Shown here piece by piece: positions 25,799 through 39,908 of a stretch of DNA of 64,000 nucleotides. The notes beneath the pieces were generated by a model that made no database searches, was not told the origin of the DNA, and saw nothing but the letters and a program-made list of their open reading frames with translations. The translations under genes and the position numbers were made by a program. How positions within the stretch are numbered: the stretch's first letter is position 1; every line of letters begins with the position of its first letter. Source of the stretch: Octopus sinensis (Eukaryota); assembly GCF_006345805.1 (NCBI RefSeq), contig NC_043005.1, positions 57,908,001 to 57,972,000 of the forward strand. The letters are read 5' to 3'.

Positions 25799-26054
25799 AT
25801 AAGCATACACATGTCTATATGTATATGTATTAATATATGCATGTGTGTAGGTGTAAATATACACCCATATACATATTCATACATACAGATATGCATGCAA
25901 ATATACACATATACTTAGAGACATTACATAAATTTATATTTGTAGATGCCAGCATATACATATGGTACATTGACAGACCACATATCTGCACAAACACATG
26001 CATGCACTCACCAACGCACATGCACTCAAACTCACATACACCCACACACACATA

Positions 26055-26102
<48 letters not shown>

Positions 26103-27107
26103 CATATATACATACATATATATATACATATAAATATATATACATATATACACACATATATTACTTATTGACAAACATAACTTTTCTTTATGAACATTTC
26201 CGAATAAAACAAAAAAAGAGAGAGAGAGAGAGGGAGAGAGAATTTACAGCAAAGCAAGTCTCTTGAAGAAAAAAAACATGGAAATGGCTAGAAGCACTAT
26301 GTCCAACAGTCTTTATTCTATTGACAAATGTGAGACAGTAAAGTAACAGTACTAATAAAAATTTGGTAAGAACAAAAATAAAACCAAAAAAAACTTAAAA
26401 GCCTAAGAGCATTCTATATAAAAAAAAAATGTAAGTTTTTCTTTTCATGCTTTGGTAAAAAAATATTCTAAAAAACTACACAGTACTGTTACTGTAAATT
26501 TACTTAAGTTTCGGTAAGAACTACTCCAAATGTTTAGTTATCAATTAAATACATTTTTCACTTCTACGTATGTTCAAAAAATATATATATATATCAGATT
26601 TATATATATATTTTCTTTCCTCTTCCTTTCCCTTAGATTTCCTCTCCTTTAATAAAAATGTCTTTATGTGGGATAATTAACAAAAAGAAAAAGAAAAATT
26701 AAATGGAGGAAAAATTTTTTTGAAGAAAATAATTTTTATTTTTATCTCAAAGATACTGAGGAATTTTAATAATAAAATTGGATAAAATGTTTTTTTTTCT
26801 TTTTTCTTAATTCTCCATAGAAATTCATAGCTATAGCTGGGTTTTTTCTCAACATAGTTCTCCTAGTTTGCTTCTAACAAATTGGTGCAACTTACATGCT
26901 CACTTGAAGAACATATAAAGTAAAGCCAATTTTCTTGTTACATGGGTGAATATAAGAACCCACATGACACACACATACACAAAAGAAGAAGAAGCTTATC
27001 TAAGTAAGCAACAGTAAAAATGGGTAAAGAATAAAGAAAAAAAGTGTAATGAAATAAAAAATAAAAACACATTCTGCTGAAAATAGATAATTCTTAGTAA
27101 AAATTCA

Positions 27108-27403
27108 ATGATGATGATGGATATGATAAAGAAGAGAATAATGTTAACTATGACAGTTATGATGATGCTAGTGTTGATGATGATGATGGTGGTGGTGGTG
27201 GTGGTAGTGGTGGTGGTGATGATGATGATGATGATGATGGAGATGATGGTAACAATGATAATGATGAGTTTTGACTATATTGATGATAGCGACAATGATG
27301 ATGGTGATAATGATGACGATGGTAATGGTAATGATGATGGTAGTGATGATGATAATGGCAATGATCGTGGTGATGACAGTGATGATGATCGCAGTGACAG
27401 TGG

Positions 27404-27434
<31 letters not shown>

Positions 27435-27495
27435 GGTGGTGGTGATGATAGTGATGATCATAGTGATGATCATAGTGGTGGTGGTGGTGGTGACA
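27108..27495. repeat. (GAT/GGT)n trinucleotide mosaic
   Basis: Direct reading. Confidence 0.9.
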
Positions 27496-27919
27496 ACGAA
27501 GTTAGGTAACCTACATAAACCTAGCGGATTTGACTTTGTTTATCTGATCAACCAGCAGCTCAACCAAGTCTGCAGGGAGATTTCTATCAGAGGGCAGAGC
27601 TAAACTAAAGATAATCATGTTATATGGTGCTGAAACAGTATAAAGGGCTTAAGTTTCCTTTCTTGTATTTTTTTCCTGTTTTGTTTAGTTTCTGTTTTAT
27701 CTGGTGCTTGATTTGTTTCTCATCACACAAAGCCTCCTTCTGTTTGATAATTCTATCCTGATGGAAATATGATGATTCACTTCAATAAGCCATTGCTTTT
27801 TAGGAGCTAGTAGTCGTGAACACTGCTCATGTGCTGGATGTAAAGCAGTGGCTACTAGACAGTGTGACACAGAGTGTCATGGCACATCTGTGCAGATTTA
27901 AAAAAAAATATATAAATTA

Positions 27920-28740
27920 GGTGCGGGCATGGCTGTGTGGTTGGGGAGCTTGCTTCCTAGCTACATGGTTTCGGGTTCAGTCCCACTGTGTGGCACTTTG
28001 GGCAGGTGTCTTCCGCTATAGCCCTGAGTCGACCGGAGCTTTGTGATTGAATTCGGTAGGTGGGAGTTACTGCCGTGTGTGTATGTGTGCGTATAGCTGC
28101 TCAGTGCCTCTCCGAGAGAGAGGGAAAAACTACTTCGCTTGGCAACAAGTGGGGGTTGGCGTCTAATGGCGGTGCCCCAGCATGGCCACAGCTCGTGAGC
28201 TGAAACTAGATAAAGATAAAGAAAGATAAGGTGCAGGTATGGCTGTGTGGTAAGAAGCTTGCTTCTCAACCACATGCTTCTTGGTTCAGTCCCACTGTGT
28301 TGCACCTTGGTCAAGTGTCTTCAACTACAGCTTTGGGCTAACCAAAGCCTTGTAAGTGTATTTGGTAGACGGAAGCTGAAAGAAGCCTATTGTACATATT
28401 CTTTTATTCTTGTACTTGTTTCAATCATTTAAGTGTGGCCATGCTGGAGCATTGCATTGCAGGGTTTTAGTCAAACAAACCAACACAGGACTTATTTTCT
28501 TCAAAGCCTACTACTTATTCTATCAGTTCCCTTTTGCCAAACTGCTCAGTTATGGCGACGTAAACACACCAACACCAGTTGCTAAGTGATGATGGGGGAA
28601 TAAACACAGACACAAAGACACACACACACAGACATATACATATATATGACAGGCTTCTTTCGGCTTCTATCTACCAAATCTACTTACAAGGCTTTGGTCA
28701 GCCCGAGGCTATAGTACAAGACACTTGCCCAAGACACTTG
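27920..28740. mobile_element. Cluster of three SINE family A copies (+, + partial, -)
   Basis: Similarity to 512-943. Confidence 0.7.
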
Positions 28741-29621
28741 CCCATGCATATATATTTTCAAAAATTTTTTTCATAAAAAGCTTCTTTCCATTATTTCCAA
28801 GACCATGATGAAAAAATATTGGAAAAATCCCCATCAAAATGATGAAAATCCAAACTATGTGGGTGTCCTGATCCAAAGCTCCACCATTTATATCCATTTT
28901 TAATAGTCCATTAAAATTCTATTGAAATGGTGTCATGTCCCAAAATCTCAGGCTTTATTTAGTTCTATACCTATTACAAATTTGCCAAAAACACAAGTCT
29001 CTATGGCTTGTTCTTTTGGATTAAGCTAAGTCTGAAAACATCACAAAATAAACTGTTTGTTAAACTTAACAAAATAGGCTTTACATAGATATTTAAAAAA
29101 TTGTCAAAAAAAAAGCTTCCTAAGAGCCTGCAACAAATAGTTAACTGCTACACCATGGCTACAATTAACTTGTGTAATTTGAAGATAATTATCATCTCAG
29201 TTTGAAAGACATGACATGACAAATGTGGCTAATTATTCATTTATGTCAATTAGGTAAGATTTTGACCAATTTGCTGCCCATTCAAATTATCATATTTCCT
29301 AAAATATTCATCCAAATTTCACAGATAAGGTGTCAAAATGTTTGTCTTTAGATGTCTTCAATAAAAAGTACAGAAGAAATTACATTTAGATATTTTTGAA
29401 AATTCATAGTGATACCTAATGACAGTAATAAAAATAAACAGCTAAAGATATCTTTTAGATTATTTGTGTTGAAGATCTTGTAGTTGTCGTTGTTTAGCTC
29501 TGGATAAATTTGGTTATGTAAACCTGATTGAGACCATTTAAGTGATAGGGAATGTTTAGGCCTACCAAAACCAAACATTATTTACATTTGGCAGATATTT
29601 GTCCTCATCTTGCTTGTTATT

Positions 29622-29667
29622 AACACAACGTTTCAGCTGATATACCCTCCAGACTTCATCAGATGTC
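29622..29667 (-). ncRNA. Minimal type I hammerhead ribozyme motif in a Penelope-like terminal remnant (~29575-29705)
   Basis: GACAT-CTGATGA-AG(T)CTG/CAGCT-GAAA-CG-T-T-GTGTT: intact core, stems I and II, palindromic ACGT stem III. Confidence 0.6.
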
Positions 29668-31161
29668 TTGGGGAAATTAGGAACCTGGGTTCTCATTCCT
29701 AACAAACAAAATGAGGACAAATATTCGTCAAATACAAATAATGTACATAATTCCTCATCTCTTAAATATAGAACTGCAAAACCAAACATTCGTTGATTTA
29801 GAGACAGAATGTGTTTCTATGTGTGTCTAAATTATGCAAACTCACTCAGCTTGCATATCTCAAACTCCACTGTAACTTATTATGATAACATTATGTGTCC
29901 CATTATTTTCCTTTTTAGGAGCCATAAGCAAGGCTCAGATAAAAGAATGATTTCTCAGCATACATTACCAAACTGACATTGCTGTTATTAATAATAGTAA
30001 ACTTCTTGAAGTATAAAGTTATTTTTTTCACAAAGGGGTTTAGTAATTTACAGGTACTCAACAAAGGCACAGGTGAACCAAGTGTTCAGACCTGGAGAGG
30101 GATGGGCTCTGTTAGATTTAAAATGCCCAAGACATGCCACCATATGTCACAATGGTGCTCTTTCAAGAAATGAGGGTACAAGGAAGCTGTATCATCATTA
30201 TCAACATTATCTAACATCCATGTTATATACTGGTATTGGTTGGGTGGTTTAACAAGGTCCAATGGGCCCAAGAGTATCATCATTATCATCATCCTCATCA
30301 TCATAGTCATCATCACTACCACCATCACCATCATCACTGTCATCATCATCATTCTTTTTTTTTCCATGCTGACATGGGTTGACAGGAGTTGGCCAGTTGG
30401 AGAGCTGCATACAGCTTTAATTGTCTGTTTCGGCATGGTTTCTATGCTTGGATGCCTTTCCTAAAGCCAACTACTTTATATGGTGTACTAGGTGCTTTTT
30501 ACATGGCACCAGCACCAGTGCCAATAAATGGCACTGGCAGCGGTGCTTTATACATGACACCAGCGACGGTGATTTTTATACATGGGACCAGCACAGGTGC
30601 ATTTTATGCGGCACTGGCATGAAAGTATTCGTTAAGAAAGTAGATTATATAAACTGTTCAAGAAGAGATCCCTCTATTGTAATTATTAGAACCAGGACTC
30701 TGGTTTCTTTGTTCTTCCCTCCCTAGCAATCTTTGAGTTCTTGCAAAAACATCACTGGTGTTACCTTTACCCTTCTGATTTAGCTATAAAAAAAAATCTG
30801 TGGTAATTTGCTATACTTGATAAAATTCATCAAGCTAAGTAGAATCGCTGTCTTCCACATATACAGGCTTGTCCTTTCAGGTGTAAGTGCTGCATTAATG
30901 CACCCATGCCAGTGCTGCGTAAGCACACCCATGCCGGTGCTGCATCGATGCACCGGTGCTGGTGGCACGTAGAAAGCACCTAAGCACACTCTGTTAAGTG
31001 GTTGGCGTTAGGAAGGGTTTCCAGCCATAGAAACTATGCCACAACAAACAACTGGACTTTGGACAGCCTCCTGCTAGCCAGCTCCATGTCAAACAATGCC
31101 AGCATGGAAAGTGGACGTTAAACGATGATGATTATGATTTAAATTGATAAAATCAACTTAC

Positions 31162-31280
31162 ATTCAACATTGTCAGGAAATTTCTTGTGAACCTTCCGGT
31201 AAGTGTCAAGTGCTTGTTGGTAGTTGCCACTTCTTCGGAAACAGCTGGCCACCATCAGCTGCCACTTTATCTCATTAGGT
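31162..31280 (-). CDS. IFT88: IFT88 exon, (Q)PNEIKWQLMVASCFRRSGNYQQALDTYRKVHKKFPDNVE(C)
   Basis: ctttcAG/GTAAGT, 119 nt, phase 2/1; near-invariant KWQLMVASCFRRSGNYQ.ALDTY. Confidence 0.97.
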
Positions 31281-31737
31281 CTGAAAGAAACAGTTTCATC
31301 GAAGACTGTACTGACATACTATATATATATCATTTGCAAAGACCATTCCCAATAGTTTATTTTTCCTCTTTTGTTATTATACCTCTAGAAATTATCTGTC
31401 ATTCAAGCCAATGAGAAAACCTCTATGCGGGTACTCAAGTTGTGAAAAATAGCAGATGAATTCTTCAATTGATACTCTAGCATCTTAAAAATGAACGAAC
31501 ACATTAGATAATGTTGTCTTAGATACATTATCCATGAGAAGAATATGGAATATGTTATGTTTGAAACACTTCTTATCATAGGACTGGAGTTAAACTACAA
31601 CTGTTTCCACAACCTGGTCAGCATTCAAATTCAAGTTACCTTGTCTCTAGACTCAGTATGCTGACTGAAGAATTTACAGCTGTATCTTTTTTCTCCAAAC
31701 TCTGAAGCCCTGGCCTTTTGCAAGCAAGGACCTCACC

Positions 31738-32090
31738 TCATCATCATTGTCATCATTGTTCGACCGTGGTCAAGACAATGGAATTTACCATGCTACGCCA
31801 GACTTCACGGTCCATCATGGCATTACGGAGGTCCTGTTGCTGGATGCCTGTATCCCTGGAGATTACATCAGGGTAGGAGAGTGTGCGCCCTCTGGTATTG
31901 CAAGTAGATGGCTTCCAGACGAGAAGAGTAGAAATTGCCTCGTTTTCAGCTCTACAACAATGTCCAGCAAACTGGACTCTCCTACCTTTCACAAGAGATG
32001 ATACAGGTGGTAGTTTCCCATACATTTGCATTTTGGTTGGATGACGCTTCCACGAGAGATTTTGTTTCAGTGTTAAGCAATATATACACT
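31738..32090 (-). mobile_element. Non-LTR retrotransposon 3' end (clade uncertain) with TGA tail
   Basis: NLSWKRHPTKMQMYGKLPPVSSLVKGRRVQFAGHCCRAE...DREVWR. Confidence 0.75.
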
Positions 32091-32175
32091 TCACTAGTTA
32101 AGCAATATATACACTTCACTGGTTAAGCAATATAAACACTTCACTGGTTAAGCAATATATACACTTCACTGGTTT
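32074..32175. repeat. 25-bp tandem repeat x4 (ttaagcaatatatacacttcactgg)
   Basis: Direct reading. Confidence 0.9.
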
Positions 32176-32354
32176 GTGTCCAAATTTCTTCCACCAGTTC
32201 TTGTAAACACCCCATCACTGGCTAGTGTAAAACATTTCTCCACAGTTGAATACATCCTCTCACTGGTTTGCATACAGTATACCTCCACTCACTCTCTTAT
32301 ACACCCCACTCACTGTTTTGTGTAAAACATTCCTCCATGCTGTCTTGTATACTC

Positions 32355-32768
32355 ACTCTCTTTTTACTCTTTTACTTGTTTCAGTCATTTGACTGAGGCC
32401 ATGCTGGAGCACCGCCTTTAGTCGAGCAAATCGACCCCAGGGCTTATTCTTTGTAAGCCTAGTACTTATTCTATAGGTCTCTTTTGCTGAACCGCTAAGT
32501 TACAGAGACGTAAACACACCAGCATCGGTTGTCAAGTGATGTTGGGGGGACAAACACAGACACACAAACATACACACACACACATATATATATATACATA
32601 TATACGACAGGCTTCTTTCAGTTTCCATCTACCAAATCCACTCACAAGGCTTTGGTCGGCCCAAGGCTATAGCAGAAGACACTTGCCCAAGGTGCTACAC
32701 AGTGGGACTGAACCCAGAACCATGTGATTGGTAAGGAAGCTACTTACCACACAGCCACTCCTGCACCT
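32355..32768 (-). mobile_element. Full-length SINE family A
   Basis: Head to tail similarity to 42439-42850. Confidence 0.85.
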
Positions 32769-33304
32769 ATGCGCCCCTTATCTGCCATCTCTTGATTACA
32801 CCCCTATACCTCCACTATCTTTTGTATATACCCTCTTCCCCTCCAATCTTTCTTGTATATGACCACCTCACAGGTTTGTTTACAAACATTCTTCTATTAT
32901 CTCTTGAGTTCAAACCCTCATCCTCCAAATTCTTTTGTATACACCCTGTATGTTTTAATCTCTCTCGAAGAGACACACTTAATTATACACTATCTTTTGT
33001 TTGCACCCCCATCGTCCTCCACTCTCTCCCTCTCTTATACACACTCAAAACTTGATTGTGTAAAATATTCCTCTATTTTTACTATCATCTGTGTACAACC
33101 GACTCATCCTATACTCTCTTGTGTACACCTCATTTGACTCTGTGGAACATTCTTCCACTATCTCCTGCATACAACTCCTCATCCTCTATTCATTATCCTT
33201 ATCATCATCCTCATCCTCTATTCATCTCCAACCTCTATTTATATTCATCATCACCATCATCATCCTCTATTCAACCACATCTATTCATCATCATCACCTA
33301 TTAA

Positions 33305-33510
33305 TCATCATCATCATCATCATCTTTGTTCTAATGTCCACTTTTCCATTCTTGCATGGGTCAGACAGAATTTGTTGAGGCAGATTTCCTATAGCAGGAC
33401 GCCCTTCCTGTTGCCAACTCTCACCTCTTTCTAAGCAAGGTGATATTTCCCTTGTAACCAGACATGTTTTTCACGGAAGACTAGAAATGAACAACTCTGC
33501 TTGTATGATG
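33305..33510 (-). mobile_element. Second LINE-like 3'-end family with (TGA)n tail
   Basis: Related copies at 36485-36645, 42080-42315, 45560-45800 (+). Confidence 0.6.
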
Positions 33511-34199
33511 ATGATGGTGATGGTTAGACCATAATGGCTCTGTAAGGAGCAAAAAGTTGGTTTCCTGGTTTCTCTGGTGGGTTTATTCTATTCCTCCTGG
33601 GACAGGACATTGGTCTGTTGCAGGATTACCCGTTTATACCAGCTGAGTAGACTGTGGAATCAACATTAAATGAAGTGTTGTCCTCAAGAACACAATGCAT
33701 CACCTGGTCCAGGGATCGAAACCACAATCTTACAATGATGAATCCAATCCCCCAACCACTAAGCCATGCATCAGCACATGATGGTGATGCTGATCTATAA
33801 CTAAGAGCTATGATGTCAAGAAAAAGGAGACACAAACACAGGTTACTTTTAGCTCCCATGAACCAAATTTACTGCCAAGGCTTTGATCGGACTGGAGCTA
33901 GAGTAGAAGACACTTGCTTAAGGTGCCATGCAGTGGGACTGAACCCAGAACCAAGATTCTCAGTAACAGAGCCACATCTGCATCTCCTTTATTGCTTGTA
34001 TCCCTCCTCCATACCTGTTACTCTCTTGTGTATACCCTTGCACTGACATGTGTAAAACATTGTTCCACTATCTCTTGTATGCAACCCATCTCAAGTTTTT
34101 GCAAAACATTCTTCCCCCAGCTTTCTCAATGGTTGTTTTCAGAAACTCTCTCACTGATTTAAACTGGATAGAAATGTTAAATCAACAGGAAATGCTTAC

Positions 34200-34315
34200 T
34201 GGACAATAGCCGCTCTCTCAAAGTACTGCACTGCTTTCTCTGGGAACTGCGATTCAATGTAATATAATCCGAGCCATTCAATTACCGGGATGTTAGATGG
34301 AAAGTAACGATAAGA
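34200..34315 (-). CDS. IFT88: IFT88 exon, SYRYFPSNIPVIEWLGLYYIESQFPEKAVQYFERAAIV(Q)
   Basis: ttgcAG/GTAAGC, 116 nt, phase 0/2; matches SYRYFP.NI.VIEWLG.YYI..QF.EKA.QYFERA. Confidence 0.97.
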
Positions 34316-37135
34316 CTGCAATTAAAAATAGGAGAAAAAAAAATATTTTGCATAAATTTCTGCATTTTGAAAACAGTTAAAATATTACATTAATATTCTC
34401 ATAAAGAATAGGATGGTGAGCTGGCAGAATCATTAGCACACCAGGCAAAATGCTTAGTGGTGGTATTTTGTCCATCTTTACATTTTAAGTTTAAATTCTG
34501 GCAAGTCAACTTTACCATTCATCCTTTTAAATAAATAAAAAATAATAAATGCACCCTTTTAAAGCCTAGCCAGGCTCATGGGCCCAGTTTCCTGGTTTCA
34601 ATTGCGTATGTGTTCCCCTGCTGGATGGTACGCCAGTCCATCGCAGTGTTACTCATTTTTGCCAGCTGAGTGGACTGGAGCAATGTGAAATTAAATGTTT
34701 TGCTCAAGAACACAATGTGTCGCCCTGTCCAGGAATCAAGACCACAATCTTATGATCAAGATGCTTGGCACCCTAACCACTAAGCCACGCGCCTCCACTT
34801 TCATCCTTTTAGGGTGGATAAAATAAGTACAGTTGAGCACTGGGGTCAAGGTAATCAACTTGCCACCTCCCTCAATCTTGCTGGCCTTGTGCTTAAATTT
34901 GAAATCAATATTTTAATAAAGGTGGTGAGCTGACAGAATCATAAGCATGCTGGGTAAAATGTTTAGCAGCATTTCGTCCATCTTTACGTTTTGAGTTCAA
35001 ATTCTGCTGAGGTCAACTTTGTCTTTTGTCCTTTAGGGTCACTAAAATAAGTAACAGTTGAATGTTAAGTCGATCCTATCAATTTAAATCCTCGTTGTTT
35101 AACATCTGATTTCCATGCTGTCATGGGTTGGATGGGCTGACACGGAACTGGCTAGAAGGGAGCTGCCCAGACACCAGTTGTTGTGGCATGGTTTCTATGG
35201 CTGGATGCCCTTCCTAATGCCAATCACTTAACAAAGAGTGCTGGGTGCTTTTTACATGCCACCAGCATGCCGGGCAAAATGCTTAGTGGCATTTCATCTG
35301 TCTTTACATTCTGAGTTCAAATTCCACTGAGGTAAACTTTGCCTCTCGCCCTTCAGGGCCAATAAAATATGTATCAATTGAGCAGTGGGGCTGATGTAAT
35401 TGACTTACTCACTTCTGAAATTGCTGGCTTTCTGCCAATATTTTGAAACCAATATTTTCATAGAGAATAAGGAATCAATAGACTTAGGGCTGAGACATGA
35501 GAGAGGTAGTTTTACTCCCTGCAAAAGCCTGGTGCCTATTTCCTTCCCACTCTGATAAGAAGAAGAGAAGGGAAGAATTATGGGTCTTTCCCTGAAACAT
35601 AGGTAAACACTTGCTTGATTTGAATATGTAATTGTTGAGCTGGTATTTTTTATCTTCATTATAGGAGAGTTGGCTAAATTTTGCAAATTTTGAAAGAAAA
35701 ACGAAACAGATGAAAAAAAAACATATTTGAATAAAAAAAAACAACTACATCATCAAAGCAATAACAACAACAACATTATAACTATGTTTTGCAAACCTGG
35801 CCATGTTTTTTTTCAAAACTCAAAACAGAGAGGCTGAAACTACTAAAGACTGGTACAGACTCAGCCCAACACTTTACTATACATAACTTCATTAGTGGTA
35901 TTCAGTAATATTGGTATCAAGGCTAAAAAGTTTGGGAGAGGTGATAAGTCGATTAAATCGACCCCCAGTGCATAACTGGTACTTAAATTTATCGACCCTG
36001 AAAGGATGAAAGGCAAAGTTGATCTCAGCAGAATTCGAACTCAGAGTATAGAGATGAACAAAATTCCATTAAACATTTTGCTCAGCTTGTTAACGATTCT
36101 GCCAGCTAACTGCCTTAGTGGTATTCAGTAATATCGGGACAACAAAGGGCGGTGAGCTGGCAGAAACGTTAGCGCGCCGGGCAAAATGCTTAGCAGTATT
36201 TCATCTGCCGCTATGTTCTAAGTTCAAATTCCGCCGAGGTCGACTTTGCCTTTCATCCTTTCGGGGTCGATAAATTAAGTACGTTACGCACTGGGGTCGA
36301 TATAATCGACTTAATCTGTCTGTCTGTCCTTGTTTGTCCTCTCTGTGTTTAGCCTCTTGTGGGTAGTAAAGAAATACATATTGGGATACCAAAAACAACA
36401 GCAGCAACAACAACAAAACAGCCACCATTGCCACTGCTACTGTTGTTGTCACCACTCATACTGCTGCTACAGCTGTCACTGCTGATACCATGAAAACATA
36501 TCCGGTCATGGGGAAATATTATCTTGCTTGGAAACAGGTGAGGGTTGACAATAAAAAGGGCATCCAACCGTAGAAAAAAATCTGCCTCAATTAATTCCAT
36601 CTGACCCATGTGAGCATAGGATAGTGGACGTTAAAATGATGGTGATATATATATATACAACAGGCATCTTTTATTTCTGATCTGCCAAATTTACTCACAA
36701 GGCTTTGGTCGACCCAAGGTTATGGTAGATGACTGTTACTCAAGGCACCACACAGTGGGACGAAACCTGAAACCATGTGGCTGGGAAGCAAACTTCTTAG
36801 CCAGGAAGTGCAATAATAAAAGTTAGAGCCCCAAATACCATCAAATATTGCATGTTATGCAGAGCCCTCCCACCAATGAAAAGACAAGAAAACCAAACGA
36901 GTTTTTAATTTACTAAACATCTTCATGGCTCATAGCAATTTTTATAAAGGCCACATTGTTGAACAACAAAGAGCCTGTATACAAGAATCTATGAACGTAA
37001 TTAAAAAAAAAAAAACACACAGAAAATTTAGATAAAACAATAGAAAAAGAAATTTCAAAGTAAATAGAATGTTGTTTACACAAGTATGCATCAACATCCA
37101 CACAACTATGTAAGAGCTGATATTTGGGAGATAGG

Positions 37136-37166
<31 letters not shown>

Positions 37167-37281
37167 CGTGTGTGATATGTATGTGAGTGTTTTTGATAAT
37201 CATATACTCAGAAAAATGCTTTGTGTGCCTGTGAATTTATATATACATATATATATATATGTGTGTGTATGTATCTATACA

Positions 37282-37317
<36 letters not shown>

Positions 37318-37318
37318 T

Positions 37319-37358
<40 letters not shown>

Positions 37359-38030
37359 TATATATCATCATCATCATCATTTAATGTCCATCTTCTATGC
37401 ATGCATGGGTAGGACGGATGACAGGAACTGGCTAGGTAGAAAACTACCCTAGGCTACTTTATCTGTTTTAGTAGGGATTCCACAGCTGGATGCCCTTCCA
37501 AATGCCAACCAGGTTAAAAATGTGGACTGGGTGCTTTTAATGTGACCCCATCACTGACAGGGTAACCAAGTAACTTGCAAGACAAGGAAGTGTGATATGG
37601 GCAGGGGTATTTGAAGAGGGGAACTTGTGTTAGAGGATGAAAGGTTAAAGTACGACAAAGAGACAGAGAAACAGAAGCAGGTGTCTGGCCACAACAGAGG
37701 TGGGCATTAGAGGAGGTGATCCAGTATCAGATGATGAAAGGTTAGAGTGTAACAGAGAAATAGAGAGGCAGAAATAGGTGTCTTGCTATAGAGGAAGTAC
37801 ATGGTTACCCAGTAAGAGAGGGGAAGAAAGAGAGAGAGAGAAAAAAGAGAGGGTCAGAGAGAGGTACAAGAAAGAGTGTGTTGATGCAAAATTTGGTGTA
37901 GAAATCAATATATACATGGTCCAGAACACGATGCTATGAGAATAGAGTGGTAAGAGCAACAAAGAGATGACACTGGATAAACCAAAGACATACACATATA
38001 TGTCTGTCTGTCTGTCTATCTATCAATCTA

Positions 38031-38107
<77 letters not shown>

Positions 38108-39368
38108 GATGGGCTTCTTTCAGTTTCTGCCTACCAGATTCACTCACAAGACACTTGTCCAAGGTGCCACGCAGTGGGACCAAACCAGGAACCATGTGAT
38201 TGGGAAGTAAGCTTCTTACCACACAGCCATGTCAGCACCTATTCCATAATTAAAAAAAAAAAGAAAGAAAAAACACAAATTCTTTTGGAGCAAGTTATAG
38301 ACTATGTATGGGGGGTGGGGTATTATAACCCAGTGCTACTGCAAAACAGAAGGCAGTGAGCTGGCAGAATCATTAGCAGGTCAGACAAAATGCTTAGCAG
38401 CATTTTAAGTTCAAAATCAACTGAAGTTGGCTTTGTTTTACATCTGTTTGGAGGGGTTGATAAAACAAGTACCAGTTGAGCACTGAGGCTCAAGCAATAA
38501 ACTTCCCCGTCCCTTTAAAACTGCAGGCCTTGTGCCAAAATATGGAAGAATGCTTAACAACATCTCATCAGGCTTTGAGCTCTGAGTTTAAATTCTGCCG
38601 AGGTTAGCTTCGCTTTTCATCCTTTCAGGGTCGATGAATTAAGTACCAGTTGAGTACTGGGGTCAATGTAATCGATTAACCTCCTCCCACAAAATTTCAG
38701 GCCTTATGCCTATTAGTAGAAAGGATTATTGCAAAACAGAAGTGAATGTCAAAGGCACAGAACATTTGCAATACAGAAGCAAAACTTTAAAAAGGAAAAC
38801 AATTGAAAATTTTTTTCCATAAAAATAATCAGATCAACCTCTCACACAACAACAAAAACAACATTATCATCACTACCACTGTTGTTGCCATTATCATCAC
38901 CATCATCCTTATCACCGTCATTGTCACTTTCATCAGTTATCATCATCACCATCAAGGCTGCCGCTATTATCATCTTTGACATCATCACCACCAAAACACC
39001 ACCATTATCATCATCATAACCCTCATCCTTGTTATAGTTACCATTATCCACTCCTCATCATAATATTTTTCTAAAGAATTATCTATTTTCAGAAGAATGT
39101 GGCTTTTATTTGTTTTTTTTTTACTTTGTTTCGCTTTATACTACTTTATTCTTCATCCATTTTAACATTATTAACACAGAAGAACTTTGCTCCTTTTTCT
39201 TTTCTTTTTTTTTATTGTGCCATGCAGGCTCTTTTAGTCATCCACGTAACAGGAAAACTGGCTTTACTTCTTATGTTTTTCAAACAATCATAAGCACCAC
39301 CACCACCACCATCATCATCATTATCAAAAACAGCAACAAGTGAAAGTAATAATGGGTTAGTAACTCAC

Positions 39369-39480
39369 ATCAAAGTAATACTGGAAAGCCGATGTCTTAT
39401 CCTCTTCATTGTCATAAAACTGGCCAAGGCGGCAGAGAATATCAGGGTCTGTTGCAACTACACCAATCAACTGCATAAAC
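39369..39480 (-). CDS. IFT88: IFT88 exon, (W)FMQLIGVVATDPDILCRLGQFYDNEEDKTSAFQYYFD
   Basis: ttgtAG/GTGAGT, 112 nt, phase 2/0; matches W.MQ...V..TDP..L..LG..YD.E.DK..AFQYY. Confidence 0.95.
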
Positions 39481-39543
39481 CTACAACAACAGCAAACACA
39501 TACCAACATATACATTTATGAATTAATTGTTAAACATTTAACT

Positions 39544-39708
39544 GGTGTAGGAGTGGCTGTGTGGTAAGTAGCTTGCTTACCAACCACATGGTTCTGGGTT
39601 CAGTCCCACTGTGTGGCACCTTGGGCAAGTGTCTTCTACTATAGCCTTGGGCCGACCAAAGCCTTGTGAGTGGATTTGGTAGACGGAAACTGAAAGAAGC
39701 CCGTCATA

Positions 39709-39745
<37 letters not shown>

Positions 39746-39908
39746 GTATATGCATATGTCTGTATATGTTTGTGTGTCTGGGTTTGTCTCCCCAACATTG
39801 CTTGTTAACCGATGCTAGTGTGTTTACGTCCCTGTAACTTAGTGGTTTGGCAAAAGAGACCGATAGAATAAGTACTAGGCTTAGAAAGAATAAGTCCTGG
39901 GATCGACT
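39544..39908 (+). mobile_element. SINE family A, 3' end truncated
   Basis: Similarity to other copies. Confidence 0.85.

Noticed and set aside
27108-27603. Poly-D/M/V/H ORFs
   Set aside because: Trinucleotide mosaic; no IFT88-compatible splice context
27740-27830. snoRNA-like TGATGA boxes
   Set aside because: No matching D box or terminal stem on the host strand; TGATGA is common here because of (TGA)n tails
28709-28897. 62-aa hydrophobic ORF
   Set aside because: No recognisable family or splice signals; partly overlaps a SINE
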